A stretch of 64,000 nucleotides of DNA from an uncultured delta proteobacterium (GTDB lineage: Bacteria; Myxococcota; Myxococcia; SLRQ01), in assembly GCA_963727485.1 (NCBI GenBank), contig CAVSGM010000002.1, positions 32,001 through 96,000 on the forward strand, written 5' to 3'. A program made the translations under genes and the position numbers. The notes below the pieces were generated by a model. It searched no databases and had not been told where the DNA came from. It saw only the letters and a program-made list of their open reading frames with translations. This document shows positions 36,149 through 46,627 of the stretch, piece after piece (positions within the stretch are counted from its first letter, which is position 1; each line of letters starts with the position of its first letter).

Positions 36149-37588
36149 TCAGTAGGCGCCGTGGCCGGAGAGGACGACGCCCACGGTCTTGAGGGCGATC
36201 TTCACGTCGAGCACCGGGGTCCAGCTCTCGATGTACTCGATGTCGAGCTTGACCATCTCGTCGAAGGACAGCCGGTTGCGGCCGGAGACCTGCCACAGGC
36301 CGGTGATACCCGGCAGCGCCTCGAAGCGGCGGCGGTGCCACTCGCGGTACGCCTCGACCTCGTAGGGGATGGGCGGCCTGGGGCCGATGAGGCTCATCTC
36401 GCCGCGGAGCACGTTGAAGAGCTGGGGCAGCTCGTCGATGGAGAACTTCCGGATGAACTGCCCCAGGCGGAAGATCCGCGGGTCGTCGGTGAGCTTGAAG
36501 GTCTTGGTGCCGTCGGCCTCGACGGTGGCCTCGCGGTTGGCCATCCACTTCTTCACGTACTCGCGGTGGACCGAGTCGTCGCCGCCGACGTGCATGGAGC
36601 GGAACTTGAGGAAGCGGAAGGTCCGGCCGTGGAGGCCGACGCGCTCCTGGCTGAAGAACACCGGGCCCCGGCTGGAGAGCTTGATGCCCAGGGCCGTCGC
36701 CAGCATCAGGGGCGAGGCGAGGAGCAGGAGCACCGAGGCGGCCACCAGGTCGAAGAGGCGCTTGATGACGAAGTTGACCCCGGTGAGGTTCGAGGTCTTC
36801 AGGCCCAAGAGCGGGAGCCCGCCGGCGACGTCGACCCGGACCCGGTCGAGCATCAGCTCGAAGACGTCGGGGACCACCTGGTACTGGCAGCCGAAGCGCA
36901 GGCACTGCTCGGCGACCTCGAGCTGGGCCTCACGGGTGAGCTGGCCGTCGGCGACGATGACCGCGCGGTAGCGTCCCGACTCGAGGAGGGTGGGGAGGTC
37001 GTCGAGTCGACCGACCACCGGCACCGGCCCGTCCCAGCCCCCGGCCTCGCAGGTGTCCACCACGCCCCGCGCCTGGAGCTCGGCCCGGTGGCCGGAGAGC
37101 GCCGACACCAGGTGCCGGGCGATGGGTCCCGTGCCCACCACCAGCGCCGCCCCCTGCACCGGCTCCAGGCGGAGTACCTGGTGCCAGAGGAAGCGCGCCC
37201 CGGCCCGGAACAAGACGGTCCCGGTGAACACCAGGGGGATCATGAGGAGCACCACCGCGCGGCTGTAGGAGAACCCGCGGTAGAAGAAGGTGGCAGCGCC
37301 GAGGATGAGGAAGGTGACCAGGACCGCCCGGGCGAGGCGGAGCAACTCCTCCACCGGGCCGAGGTTCAGGCGGTAGGCCCCGGAGAAGCGGGCGGTGACC
37401 CCCCAGACCACCAGGGCGTAGGGGAGCACCGCGAGGAGGGCGTCCCACGGGGGATGGCCGGGCTTGAAGAGGGTCCCGGGGTTCAGGTCGTAGCGCAGCC
37501 AGGTGGCCGCGAGGAGCCCCGCCACCAGCGCGGCGAGGTCCGCGAGGAGCAGGAGAACCTTGTAGTTGTATGACCTGGTTTCGCTCAT
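36149..37588 (-). CDS. Priming undecaprenyl-phosphate sugar phosphotransferase (WcaJ/WbaP-like)
   Basis: N-terminal TMs, KRLFD, KFRSM, DPRI, DELPQL.NVL.G.MS.IGPRP, PGITGLWQV. Confidence 0.93.
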   Translation of the reverse strand: MSETRSYNYKVLLLLADLAALVAGLLAATWLRYDLNPGTLFKPGHPPWDALLAVLPYALVVWGVTARFSGAYRLNLGPVEELLRLARAVLVTFLILGAATFFYRGFSYSRAVVLLMIPLVFTGTVLFRAGARFLWHQVLRLEPVQGAALVVGTGPIARHLVSALSGHRAELQARGVVDTCEAGGWDGPVPVVGRLDDLPTLLESGRYRAVIVADGQLTREAQLEVAEQCLRFGCQYQVVPDVFELMLDRVRVDVAGGLPLLGLKTSNLTGVNFVIKRLFDLVAASVLLLLASPLMLATALGIKLSSRGPVFFSQERVGLHGRTFRFLKFRSMHVGGDDSVHREYVKKWMANREATVEADGTKTFKLTDDPRIFRLGQFIRKFSIDELPQLFNVLRGEMSLIGPRPPIPYEVEAYREWHRRRFEALPGITGLWQVSGRNRLSFDEMVKLDIEYIESWTPVLDVKIALKTVGVVLSGHGAY

Positions 37589-37795
37589 CGTCCGCCCCTG
37601 CGCACCTGGAACCCTGACATCCGTGTCGTGGTGCGACGGTCTTTGGACGCTCCGTCCGCCCGAAAGGCCAGCCCTCTGCCGCACATTCTCACCTGATTCC
37701 GACCGGTTATGACAGGGCATCCGTCCCGGTGCCGATGGGTCTAGCACAACGCGTCAAACGCGCAAGGGTCGAAGCAACAACCGGGCCACGGCCCC

Positions 37796-39306
37796 TCAGG
37801 TCGCCGGGCGCGCTCCGAAGCCCTGGGCGAGGCGGTCGGCAATGGCGCACATCACCGCGAAGAGGATCGCGAAGCGGCCCGTCACCAGGACCGTCTGGAG
37901 CAGGGAGATGAGCAGCAGGCCGACGATGCCCGAGAGCAGGGTCGCGGCGACCCACGCCTGGGCCGCCGGCCGGTCGCGCAGCGCCGTCAGCAGGAGGCCG
38001 ACCAGGCGCCAGGCGAACCAAGGGCGACGGCGAGCCCGAGGAGGCCGGCCTTCAGCAGGATCGTGAGCGGCAGGTCGTCCACGGCAGGCTCGTAGCCCTC
38101 CACGCGCACCTCCCGACCTCGCCGGGCCTTGGCCCAGGGAATGCGCACCAGCGCGCCGACGCCGTGGCCGATGGTCGGGGCCAGGACCACCGAGTCGAGG
38201 GCCAGCCGGTAGGAGGTCACGCGCCCCTGGAAGGAGCTGTCGAGGCGCGAGGGGGCGACGAGCGAAGAGAAGCGGTCTCGCAGCCGGGAGATGTCGTCGA
38301 CCTTCCGCGCGGCGTGGAGGCTGCCGAGCCCGACGAGCACCGCCACCGCCGCCGCCGCGAGGAGGCCGCCGAAGGCGAGGAGGCGGCCCGGACGAAGCCA
38401 GCCCCGCAGGTCCCGGCGCCAGGCTCCGGCGACGACCGGCGCGGCGAGGCAGGCGAGGGTGGTGGCCACCATGATGCTCCGGGTGAGGGACAGGGCAATG
38501 GCGCCGGCGGAGAGCGTGACCAGCCCCATGGCCAGGATCCGTCGTGGCCAGCTCCGCGCCGCCAGGGCGTAGGCGAAGAGCATCGGTGTGGTCACCACGA
38601 GCAGGTAGTCGTTCTCGAAGTAGATGCGGGACTGCCCCTGCCAGTAGGCCAGGAGCTCGGTGCGCGGCCAGAGCTTGTCCGGCATCAGCGCCAGGGTCAC
38701 CGCCACCACGGTGAACAGGGTCGCGCCGGCCACCAGGACACCCACCGCGATGCGAAGCCGACGCCAGCTACGCAGCTCCAGCCAGGCGACGGGGATCATC
38801 AGGAAGTAGACGACGCTGCGGAGGTCGCGGGCGATGTCCCAGGCGGTGTTTCCCCGCAACACGCCCACCAGGGTCGCGAGCAGGGCGACCGCGAGGGCCA
38901 CCACCAGGACCTCGCCCAGCTTCGGGTGGGTCGTCCCGCGGGCGTGGCGACCGGCGTCCGGCGCCGAGGACAGGCCCAGGAGGCGGGACAGGGTCCAGGC
39001 GACCATGGCGAAGGCGAAGGCGACGTCGACGACGTGGACCGGTAGGCCGTGGACCAGGAAGGTGAAGCTGTCGTTCCCGCTCATCCCGTGAGGGACCACC
39101 GCGGCGGCGGTCCAGGCGACGAGCAGGGCCGTGAAGGGGCGGGCGACGGCTACCACCAGGAGCCCGATCGCCAGTGCCACCCCGAGGACCCGGTGGGCGT
39201 GGCCCCCCAGGGCGAGGACGGTGAGGCCGCTGGCCCCCGCCGCGGCGCCGGCGACCCAGGCCAGGTCGGCAGCCGTACTCAGGGGGCGCGCCGCCGGAGA
39301 CCGCAT
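37796..39306 (-). CDS. O-antigen polymerase/ligase-family (Wzy-like) membrane protein; -1 frameshift near 38020
   Basis: About 12 hydrophobic segments, LSLTRS, GR...Y....G.G.G, ILLKAGLLG; C-terminal TMs continue in another frame to TGA at 37796. Confidence 0.72.
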
Positions 39307-40127
39307 CAGCTCGCCGAGTGCGGGTCGTTTGCCACGAGCTCGAGCCCCCCCGTGAGTCCGATGGCCAGGAAGAGACCCAGCACCAGGCCCAGGAGGACGG
39401 CCGCCGCGATGCGAGGCCCCCGCCTCTCCGCCCGGACGTCCGGCCCGGCCACCATGCGCGTCTGCGAGGCACGGGGCGGCAGGTTCCGCTCCTGGTACCC
39501 CTCCAGCCGGCCCTCGACCTCGACGATGAGTCCCCACTTCCCCTTGGGCAGCACGCTGGGGCTGCTCAGGAGCGGCAGGTGGGCCGGCGGTACGTTCGGG
39601 AGCTGCTCGAGGTCCGAGAGGAGCTTCGAATAGCGGGTCGTGGCGGCCTCGTTGGCCGCCTGGACCCTGGCAAAGATGGCCTTCTGGCGGGCGAGGAAGC
39701 CCGACGCCACGGCGCGACCGACGCGGCCCACCTTCGCCGGATCCGGGTCCGAGAGGTCGACCTGGACGAGCTGGGTGCCCGGTACCGCCTTGGCCACGAA
39801 GGCCATGGTCTGGAGCGAGGGGTCCGTGGGGTCCATCCCGGCCACGCTCAGGGCCTGGTCACGGGAGCCCAGGGTCCGGGCCACCGCCTCGGGCGCGGCC
39901 AGGGCGCCCACCGGGGGGATCGACCCGATGAGGAACTGCAGCTGGCCCTGGTAGCGCGTGGGGGTGAGCAGGCTGACCCCACCGGCGACCACGCCACCTG
40001 CGAGCACCAGCGCCAGGCACAGCCGCCGATGCCGCCAGAGGCGGAGCATCACGTTCCCCAGGGACGTCCGGGGCCGGCCATGCGGAGGTGGGGCCTCGGC
40101 GGGCGACGGTTCGGTGGGAGCTGTCAG
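39306..40127 (-). CDS. Wzz-like polysaccharide chain-length determinant; probable CTG start
   Basis: N-terminal TM followed by P.Y, C-terminal P...GP...G..LG TM; SD AGGAGG 5 nt before in-frame CTG at 40127 (alternative GTG at 40052). Confidence 0.7.
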   Translation of the reverse strand: MTAPTEPSPAEAPPPHGRPRTSLGNVMLRLWRHRRLCLALVLAGGVVAGGVSLLTPTRYQGQLQFLIGSIPPVGALAAPEAVARTLGSRDQALSVAGMDPTDPSLQTMAFVAKAVPGTQLVQVDLSDPDPAKVGRVGRAVASGFLARQKAIFARVQAANEAATTRYSKLLSDLEQLPNVPPAHLPLLSSPSVLPKGKWGLIVEVEGRLEGYQERNLPPRASQTRMVAGPDVRAERRGPRIAAAVLLGLVLGLFLAIGLTGGLELVANDPHSAS

Positions 40128-40155
40128 CGCGGCCTCCTGGATTGGATGGGGCGGG

Positions 40156-40185
40156 AACCTAGCGGTGTGCCCAAAGGGGTGTCAA
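40156..40185 (-). promoter_or_regulatory. sigma70-type promoter for wzz-wzy
   Basis: TTGACA-N18-TAGGTT. Confidence 0.7.
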
Positions 40186-41360
40186 GGCGTCCCCATGCGC
40201 TGGTAGACCTCCAGCAGCCGTTCACCGTCTCGGCTGGCGTTGTAGCGCTCGGCCACGAGGCGTGCGCCCCGGGCGCCCATGGCCCGGCGGCGCTCCGGGG
40301 CCGTCAGGAGCGAGAGCAGCGCCGGTGCCCAGTCCTCTCCGGCCGCGACGCGCCCGGCCGGACCCCCGGGCGCCTCCCCGACGATCCGGGCGAGGGGGGC
40401 GCAGTCCGAGACCACCACGGGCTTGCCCAGGGCCAGGTACTCGAAGAGCTTGTTGGGGTAGGTGGTCTCGGTGTGCTCGGAGCGCCGGTGGGGGATGGTG
40501 CACACCTCGGCGCGCTGGGTCACGGCGCGCAGGGCGGCCTGGTCGAGCCACCCGAGGAGCGAGACCCGGTGGGAGACGCCGAGGGTCTCGGCGAGGCCCT
40601 TCAGCTCGGCCTGGGCGGGGCCCGTGCCCGCGACGACCAGGCGGGCCCCGGGCGCCTCGGCGAGCACACGCGGGAGCGCCTTCACCAGGCGGTCCACGCC
40701 GCGGATCGGGGCCAGCAACCCCGAGTAGAGGATGACCTGGTCGTCCGGATCGATGCCCGGGTAACCCGCCGGAGAGGCCACCGGTCGCCACCGGTCGAGC
40801 GCCGGCGTGTTCCCGATCACCGTGATCCGCTCGGGCCTCACGCCGAGGGCCACCAGGCGGTCGCGCTGCTCGTCGCAGACCACCAGGATCCCGGCGGCGG
40901 CGGCCAGGGCCAGCCGCTCCCAGCGATCGTAGACCCGACCTCGGACCATCAGCCGGTGGAGGGCACCTCGGTCTTCCCAGGTGCGCACCATGGCCGGGTA
41001 GTTCTCGTGCAGATCGAAGATCACCGGCACCCGGCCCAGGGTCAGGGCCACGGCCGTGAGGACGAGCGGCAGGTCGTGGACGTGGATGACGTCGGGCCGG
41101 AACCGCGCCACCTCGGCCGCGATAGCCGCGGTCACCAGGGGGTTGCCGGGCACCGGCGTGGTCAGCTTCCGGGCTGCGCTCCGGGGCAGCGCCGGGACGT
41201 CGAGGGCCGTCACCGGGCAGTCGGGGTACCGGGCGGTGGTCGAGGGATCCCGGGCGCCACGGCAGAGCACCCGGACCTCGTGCCCGGCGGCCAGGAGCGC
41301 GTTGGTGGCCCGGAGCGATCGGCTCTCGAGGTCCTTGGCCAGGAGCATCAGGACACGCAT
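40182..41360 (-). CDS. GT4-family glycosyltransferase
   Basis: IHVHD, FDLHE.YP, YSG....RG, PNKLFEYLALGKPVV. Confidence 0.9.
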   Translation of the reverse strand: MRVLMLLAKDLESRSLRATNALLAAGHEVRVLCRGARDPSTTARYPDCPVTALDVPALPRSAARKLTTPVPGNPLVTAAIAAEVARFRPDVIHVHDLPLVLTAVALTLGRVPVIFDLHENYPAMVRTWEDRGALHRLMVRGRVYDRWERLALAAAAGILVVCDEQRDRLVALGVRPERITVIGNTPALDRWRPVASPAGYPGIDPDDQVILYSGLLAPIRGVDRLVKALPRVLAEAPGARLVVAGTGPAQAELKGLAETLGVSHRVSLLGWLDQAALRAVTQRAEVCTIPHRRSEHTETTYPNKLFEYLALGKPVVVSDCAPLARIVGEAPGGPAGRVAAGEDWAPALLSLLTAPERRRAMGARGARLVAERYNASRDGERLLEVYQRMGTP

Positions 41361-41377
41361 CGACGGGTCTCCGGGAC

Positions 41378-42607
41378 TCAGGCGGATGGTGCGGCTGGGG
41401 CGGGTTCGGGCTCGGCCCGGAGCTCGGCGAGGCGGCGGAGCGCGAGGATCCAGCTCCCCAGGTGCCGCAAGAGCGCGACCAGGCCGTTTACCAGAACGGC
41501 CCCGATGAGGCCCATCCGGGGCAGGAGGACGAACAGGAGCGCCAGATGGACCACCAGCAGGGCCACGTCGTAGACGAGGAGCTTGGTCAGCTGGGGTCGG
41601 AGGAAGCGGGTGGCGATGACCGAGCTGGGGACCACGTAGAGGACGCGGATGATGCCGACCACGGCGAGCGCGGGGATGAGATCGGCCACGCCGTCGTACT
41701 TCCCGGCGAAGAAGAGGTGGAGCACCGGGGGGCCGAGGAAGAGGTAGGCCACCGCGCCCAGGCCGGCGAGGGCGAGGGGCAGCAGGCACTCGCGCAGCAT
41801 GGAGACGTCACCGGCCCGCCCGAAGCGTGGGAGGAGCACGTACGCCAGCGCGGTGGTGAGCACGTCGAAGCCCATGAGCAGGCTGACGACCGCCGAGTAG
41901 GCTGCCATCCGCTCCAGTCCCAGGAGCCTGGGGACCAGCAGGCGATCCCAGTAGGTGGCGGCCAGGTAGAGGGCGCTCATGCCCCAGAAGAGCAGGGCGC
42001 CGGACCAGTAGACCGGCTCGAGGGGCGTCCGACCTCGCGGGAGGCGCCGCCAGGCCGTGAGGCCCGCGATGGCGGCGGCGGCGACGATCAGGCCCGCCCA
42101 GGCGAGCACCCACGCCCGGGCGGTCAGGAGCCCGGCGGCGAGGAGGGCGGCCCCGGCGACGGGCAGGGCCAGGCGAAACCCCTTCTCGGTGAGGACGCCG
42201 GTCCCCGGGCGCGCGTGCGCGCGGAGGAGGCCGGCGCCCACCGAGCGGAGGACGACGAGGCCCAGGGCGGCGAGCCCGGTCCCCGCCGCCGCCAGGGGGT
42301 CCACGCCGTAGACCGTGGCCAGGAGGACCGCCCCGACGGCCACGCTCACCACCGCCAGGGGCGCGGTCCGCCGGAAGGCTTGCAGCCAGTTCCAGTCGCC
42401 GAGGTCGCGGCTGGAGAACCAGCGGGCCACGGTCGAGGTGAGGCCGAAATCGGCGACCGCCAGCATCACCAGGGCGGCGCTGAAGCAGAGGCTGAGGACC
42501 CCGAAGACCGGCTTGGGGAGCGAGCGGCCGGCGAGGACGAGGAAGCCGAACCACGCGACGTTGGTCAGGCCGAGGATGGCCGCGACGCGGAGCACGCGGC
42601 GGGTCAT
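41378..42607 (-). CDS. Wzx-type oligosaccharide flippase
   Basis: Multi-TM, ADFGL, D.LL....LG....AYS, GL.GA; cluster context. Confidence 0.75.
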   Translation of the reverse strand: MTRRVLRVAAILGLTNVAWFGFLVLAGRSLPKPVFGVLSLCFSAALVMLAVADFGLTSTVARWFSSRDLGDWNWLQAFRRTAPLAVVSVAVGAVLLATVYGVDPLAAAGTGLAALGLVVLRSVGAGLLRAHARPGTGVLTEKGFRLALPVAGAALLAAGLLTARAWVLAWAGLIVAAAAIAGLTAWRRLPRGRTPLEPVYWSGALLFWGMSALYLAATYWDRLLVPRLLGLERMAAYSAVVSLLMGFDVLTTALAYVLLPRFGRAGDVSMLRECLLPLALAGLGAVAYLFLGPPVLHLFFAGKYDGVADLIPALAVVGIIRVLYVVPSSVIATRFLRPQLTKLLVYDVALLVVHLALLFVLLPRMGLIGAVLVNGLVALLRHLGSWILALRRLAELRAEPEPAPAAPSA

Positions 42608-43728
42608 GCACCCTCGCGGGCCTCGAGGAAGCGGGCCACGATGTCCGCGATGCGCGCGGCGGATCGTCCGTCCCCGAAGGGGTTGGCGGGGAGCGCCCCG
42701 GTCGAGGCCCTGGCCAGGCGGGCGTCCGCCCGGGCCACGATGACCTCGGGATCGGAGCCCACGAGGTCGGCGGTGCCCGCCGCCACGGCCTCCGGACGCT
42801 CGGTGTTGTCCCGGGCCACGAGCACCGGGGTCCCCACCGACGGCGCCTCTTCCTGCACGCCGCCGGAGTCGGAGATCGCCAGGTCGGCGGCGGCCAGGAC
42901 CTGGCAGAAGTCGGGGTAGGGCAGCGGCGCGGTGACCCGGACCCGGGGGTGCTCGAGGAGCGAGGAGAGGTTCCGGGCCACCTCGGGGTTGGGGTGGAGA
43001 GGCAGCAGCACCCAGGCCTCGGGCCGGTCGGCGAGGATCCGCTCGATGGCCTGGGCCACGCGCCGGTGGGGCGCCCCGAAGTTCTCCCGGCGGTGGAGGG
43101 TCACCAGGATGAGGGGGCCGGCCCCGGGCGGCCCCTCGAGGCACGCGGGCGAGGGCCGGTTCGAACCCACCTCGGCGAGGAGGGCGTCGACCACGGTGTT
43201 CCCCACCAGGTGCACGGCGTCGGCGTCCACGCCCTCTCCGAGGAGCGCCTGCCGGGCACGCTCGGTGGGCGCGAAGTGAAGCGACGCCAGCCGCGACGTG
43301 AGCAGCCGGTTCGCCTCCTCGGGGAAGGGCGACGCCCGATCGCCCGAGCGGAGCCCCGCCTCGACGTGGGCGATGGCCACCCGCTGGTAGAAGGCGGCGA
43401 GGGCACAGGTGAAGGTCGTCGTGGTGTCCCCCTGGACCACCAGGAGATCCGGCTGCTCCGCCTCGAGGACCGGCGTCACCGCCCCCAGGATGCGGGCGGT
43501 GAGGTCGGGGAGGGTCTGGGCCTCGCGCATCAGGTCCAGGTCCCGGTCCGCCTCCAGGCCGAAGTGGGCCATCATCTGGTCGAGCATCTCGCGGTGCTGC
43601 GCCGTCACCAGGATGCCCACCTCGGGCGGATGCGGCAGCGCGCGGAGCGCCGAGACCACGGGGGCGAGCTTGATGACCTCCGGCCGGGTGCCAAAGGCGA
43701 CGAGAATTCGGGGACGACGCGGAGCCAT
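42604..43728 (-). CDS. wecB: Non-hydrolysing UDP-GlcNAc 2-epimerase (WecB/WbpI family)
   Basis: FGTRPE.IK, VQGDT, HVEAGLRS, PEE.NR, TLHRREN, DSGGVQEEAP, TERPE, GDG. Confidence 0.93.
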   Translation of the reverse strand: MAPRRPRILVAFGTRPEVIKLAPVVSALRALPHPPEVGILVTAQHREMLDQMMAHFGLEADRDLDLMREAQTLPDLTARILGAVTPVLEAEQPDLLVVQGDTTTTFTCALAAFYQRVAIAHVEAGLRSGDRASPFPEEANRLLTSRLASLHFAPTERARQALLGEGVDADAVHLVGNTVVDALLAEVGSNRPSPACLEGPPGAGPLILVTLHRRENFGAPHRRVAQAIERILADRPEAWVLLPLHPNPEVARNLSSLLEHPRVRVTAPLPYPDFCQVLAAADLAISDSGGVQEEAPSVGTPVLVARDNTERPEAVAAGTADLVGSDPEVIVARADARLARASTGALPANPFGDGRSAARIADIVARFLEAREGA

Positions 43729-43771
43729 CGGGTGGGAACGCACTACCACAACTCCGCGCCGGACGAGAGGA

Positions 43772-45433
43772 TCAGGGAGGCGGGGAGGTTGCCAGGAGCC
43801 GCCCCGCCAGGGGCGGCCGCGCGTAGACCCGGGTGTCGTCGGAGGGGAACCGGGCGACGAGGCGGAACCCGTCGAGCCGGCCGGCGAGGAGGTCCGCGTA
43901 GTCCCGGTGGATGGCCAGGTAGACCTTCGGGCCCCAGCGGTTGGAGTTGGCCAGCGACGGGTCGGCGAACCGGCCGCGGATGTGCTGGTTGGTGACGATC
44001 ACCGCCGGTGCGACCTGGTGCAGCTCCCGGGGGCGAAGGCCCCAGGTCGCCACCGAGCGGGGGAACCGCTCCGGCACGTAGGTGTAGTGGTCGAAGATGA
44101 GTGGGGTGTCAGGGGGCACGTGGGTGTCGAGCCAGCGGCCGACGGCGATGCGCGGGTCCCGCATGACGGAGCGGCGGGTCTCGCTCGCCCTGGCCAGGTG
44201 GGGGAACCGCAGGGGGATGGCGACCAGGCCCCAGACCGCCACCGCCACCAGGGCGCTCGCCCGGAGGCGGGGACGGGGCAGCGCCGCGGCGGCGTCGAAG
44301 AGGGCGGCGGCGGAGAAGGCGGCCACGAAGGGCACTGCCGGGAAGAGGAATCGTGGTGCGAAGTCTCGCATCCCGTGGAGGAGGAAGCCGAGGTAGAGGG
44401 CTCCCACGCTCGCGGTGGCGGCGTAGCCGAACGCCCGCGGCGCGGTCAGCGCGAGCGCGTCCCGGCGCAGCCAGAGCCAGACGGCGAAGGCGGGCCCGAG
44501 GAGGAACGCGACCCCGGTGACCGGGCCGACCAGGGCCGGACCGCAGAGGAGGGTGAGCCAGGTGGAGGCGGGTCCGGTGCTCCGGAGGAAGTGCCCGAAG
44601 GCGTGCCAGGACCGCTGCACCGAGATGGCGTGCAGGTAGACGTGCCCGGCCACCAGGAAGCGGGGGTGCGCGGCGAGCGCGGCCCCCAGGAAGACGGCGC
44701 CGGCGCGCAGGCCCTGGCCGCCCACCTCCCGGGCCATCTCCCGGGTCGAGGCGCCGTGGCGGCGACGGGCGACCACCACCACGGCGCCGGCGATGGCGGG
44801 CACCAGGAAGGCTCCGGCGTACTTGGTGGCCAGGGCGAGACCGGCGAGGGCCGCGGCCCAGAGGAGGGACCGGCGCCGGTCCTCGGCCACGTAGCCGATG
44901 AGGACCAGGATGGACGCGACCATGAGGGCGGTCTGGAGCGTGTCCGGGTGCGCCACCACCGAGAAGGTGAAGTACCGGGGCGAGGTCGCGAGGATGCCGG
45001 CGGCCACCAGGGCCGCGGACCACCGTCCCGAGAGACGCCGGGCGAGGAGGCCGGTCAGGAGGAGGGTGGCCGCGCCGCCGACGGCGGACACGGTCCGGGT
45101 GACCAGGAGGGACGCATGGGGCAGACCCACCCCGAAGGCATGGACGAGGAGGGTGAGCAGCGCCGAGAGGTTGAAGTAGAGGCCCGGGTAGAAGGCGTGG
45201 TGGTAGTCGAGGGTGTGCCGGGTCAGCATGTGCACCACGCCGGCGGCGTTGCCCCCGTCGTCCGAGATGAAGATCCCCGCGAGACGGGGGCTCGCGGAGG
45301 CGACGCCCACCAGCGAGAGCGCGTAGCCGAGCCAGGCGAGGCACAGGGCCCCGAGGGCGGCGGGGCCGAGACGGTCGACGAACCTCGAGCTGGACCGGGG
45401 ACGGTTGGGTGACACGGCGGATCCCGATATCAC
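43772..45433 (-). CDS. GT-C fold (ArnT/PMT-like) lipid-linked glycosyltransferase; start uncertain
   Basis: Acidic pair SDD in first loop, YPG, HPD, GLA.ATKY, multi-TM then periplasmic C-terminal domain. Confidence 0.78.
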   Translation of the reverse strand: MISGSAVSPNRPRSSSRFVDRLGPAALGALCLAWLGYALSLVGVASASPRLAGIFISDDGGNAAGVVHMLTRHTLDYHHAFYPGLYFNLSALLTLLVHAFGVGLPHASLLVTRTVSAVGGAATLLLTGLLARRLSGRWSAALVAAGILATSPRYFTFSVVAHPDTLQTALMVASILVLIGYVAEDRRRSLLWAAALAGLALATKYAGAFLVPAIAGAVVVVARRRHGASTREMAREVGGQGLRAGAVFLGAALAAHPRFLVAGHVYLHAISVQRSWHAFGHFLRSTGPASTWLTLLCGPALVGPVTGVAFLLGPAFAVWLWLRRDALALTAPRAFGYAATASVGALYLGFLLHGMRDFAPRFLFPAVPFVAAFSAAALFDAAAALPRPRLRASALVAVAVWGLVAIPLRFPHLARASETRRSVMRDPRIAVGRWLDTHVPPDTPLIFDHYTYVPERFPRSVATWGLRPRELHQVAPAVIVTNQHIRGRFADPSLANSNRWGPKVYLAIHRDYADLLAGRLDGFRLVARFPSDDTRVYARPPLAGRLLATSPPP

Positions 45434-45492
45434 AACGGCCCCCCGGGTGATACCCGAGGGAACCGCTTCGGGTGCCGCTCGGGCGACGCCCG

Positions 45493-45522
45493 TTGACCGC
45501 TTTCCCGCCCCGGTGGTACCAC
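45493..45522 (+). promoter_or_regulatory. Possible sigma70-type promoter for Gfo-DegT-GT4 unit
   Basis: TTGACC-N18-TACCAC with upstream TG. Confidence 0.4.
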
Positions 45523-45575
45523 CCGCCTCGCCGGATCGGCGCAGTGCGTCGTAGGCCGGGGCGGAAGGGACACCC

Positions 45576-46607
45576 ATGACGAACGTCGGCATCATCGGTT
45601 GTGGCTACTGGGGCCCGAACCTGCTCCGGAACCTGGCGTCGCACCCCCGGGCCCGGGTCGCCGGGGTCGCGGACCGCAGCCCCGAGCGCCGGGCCTTCGT
45701 CTCCGGGAAGTACCCGGCCGTCCGCACCCTCGAGGGCCACGAGCAGCTCCTCGCCGACCCGGAGGTCGAGGCGGTCATCGTCGCCACCCCGGCGGCGACC
45801 CACGGGCGCCTCGCCCTCGAGGCCCTCGAGGCGGGCAAGCACGTCCTGGTGGAGAAGCCGCTCGCCATGAGCGTCGCCGAGGCCGAGGCCCTGGTGGCGG
45901 CGGCCAAGGCGCGGAACCTGGTGCTCATGGCCGGGCACACCTTCCTGTTCAACGCCGCGGTGGAGGCGCTCAAGGGCTACGTCGACGACGGCACCCTGGG
46001 CGAGCCCTACTACCTCTACAGCCAGCGGCTGAACCTGGGCATCGTCCGCAGCGACGTGAACGCCCTGTGGAACCTGGCGCCCCACGACGTCTCCATCGTC
46101 CTCCACCTCTTCGGGGGGCTGCCGACCTCGGTGTCGGCCACCGGCGCCTGCTACCTGCAGGAGGGCATCGAGGACGTGGTGTTCATGAACCTGCGCTACG
46201 GCGACGGGCGGCTGGCCCACGTCCACGTGAGCTGGCTCGACCCGGGCAAGGTCCGGCGGATGACCGTGGTCGGCTCCCGGAAGATGGTGGTCTACGACGA
46301 CGTCGCCGACGCCAAGATCGCCGTCTACGACAAGGGCATCGACCGCCACCCGGTGGGCGCGGACCGCTCGCCGGTGTCCCAGCCCACCGAGTTCGCCGCC
46401 CACCAGCTGGTCAAGCGCGCCGGCGACGTGCACCTCCCGGACATCGCCTTCACCGAGCCGCTCGCCCGCGAGGTCGACCACTTCGTCCACTGCATCGAGA
46501 CCGGCGAGGCGCCCCTCACCGGCCCGAAGAACGGCCTCGACGTCGTCCGCGTCCTCGAGGCGGCCACCCACTCCCTGGCGCGGGGCGGCGCCGAGATCTC
46601 CCTCTGA
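45576..46607 (+). CDS. Gfo/Idh/MocA NDP-sugar oxidoreductase (paralog 2, WbpB-like role)
   Basis: [25 protein letters not shown]; directly upstream of aminotransferase. Confidence 0.9.
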   Translation: MTNVGIIGCGYWGPNLLRNLASHPRARVAGVADRSPERRAFVSGKYPAVRTLEGHEQLLADPEVEAVIVATPAATHGRLALEALEAGKHVLVEKPLAMSVAEAEALVAAAKARNLVLMAGHTFLFNAAVEALKGYVDDGTLGEPYYLYSQRLNLGIVRSDVNALWNLAPHDVSIVLHLFGGLPTSVSATGACYLQEGIEDVVFMNLRYGDGRLAHVHVSWLDPGKVRRMTVVGSRKMVVYDDVADAKIAVYDKGIDRHPVGADRSPVSQPTEFAAHQLVKRAGDVHLPDIAFTEPLAREVDHFVHCIETGEAPLTGPKNGLDVVRVLEAATHSLARGGAEISL

Positions 46608-46627
46608 ACCTCCCCGGAGTTTCCACC

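Noticed and set aside
37706..37716. Perfect Pho half-site CTGTCATAA upstream of the priming transferase
   Set aside because: No second repeat at 11-bp spacing.
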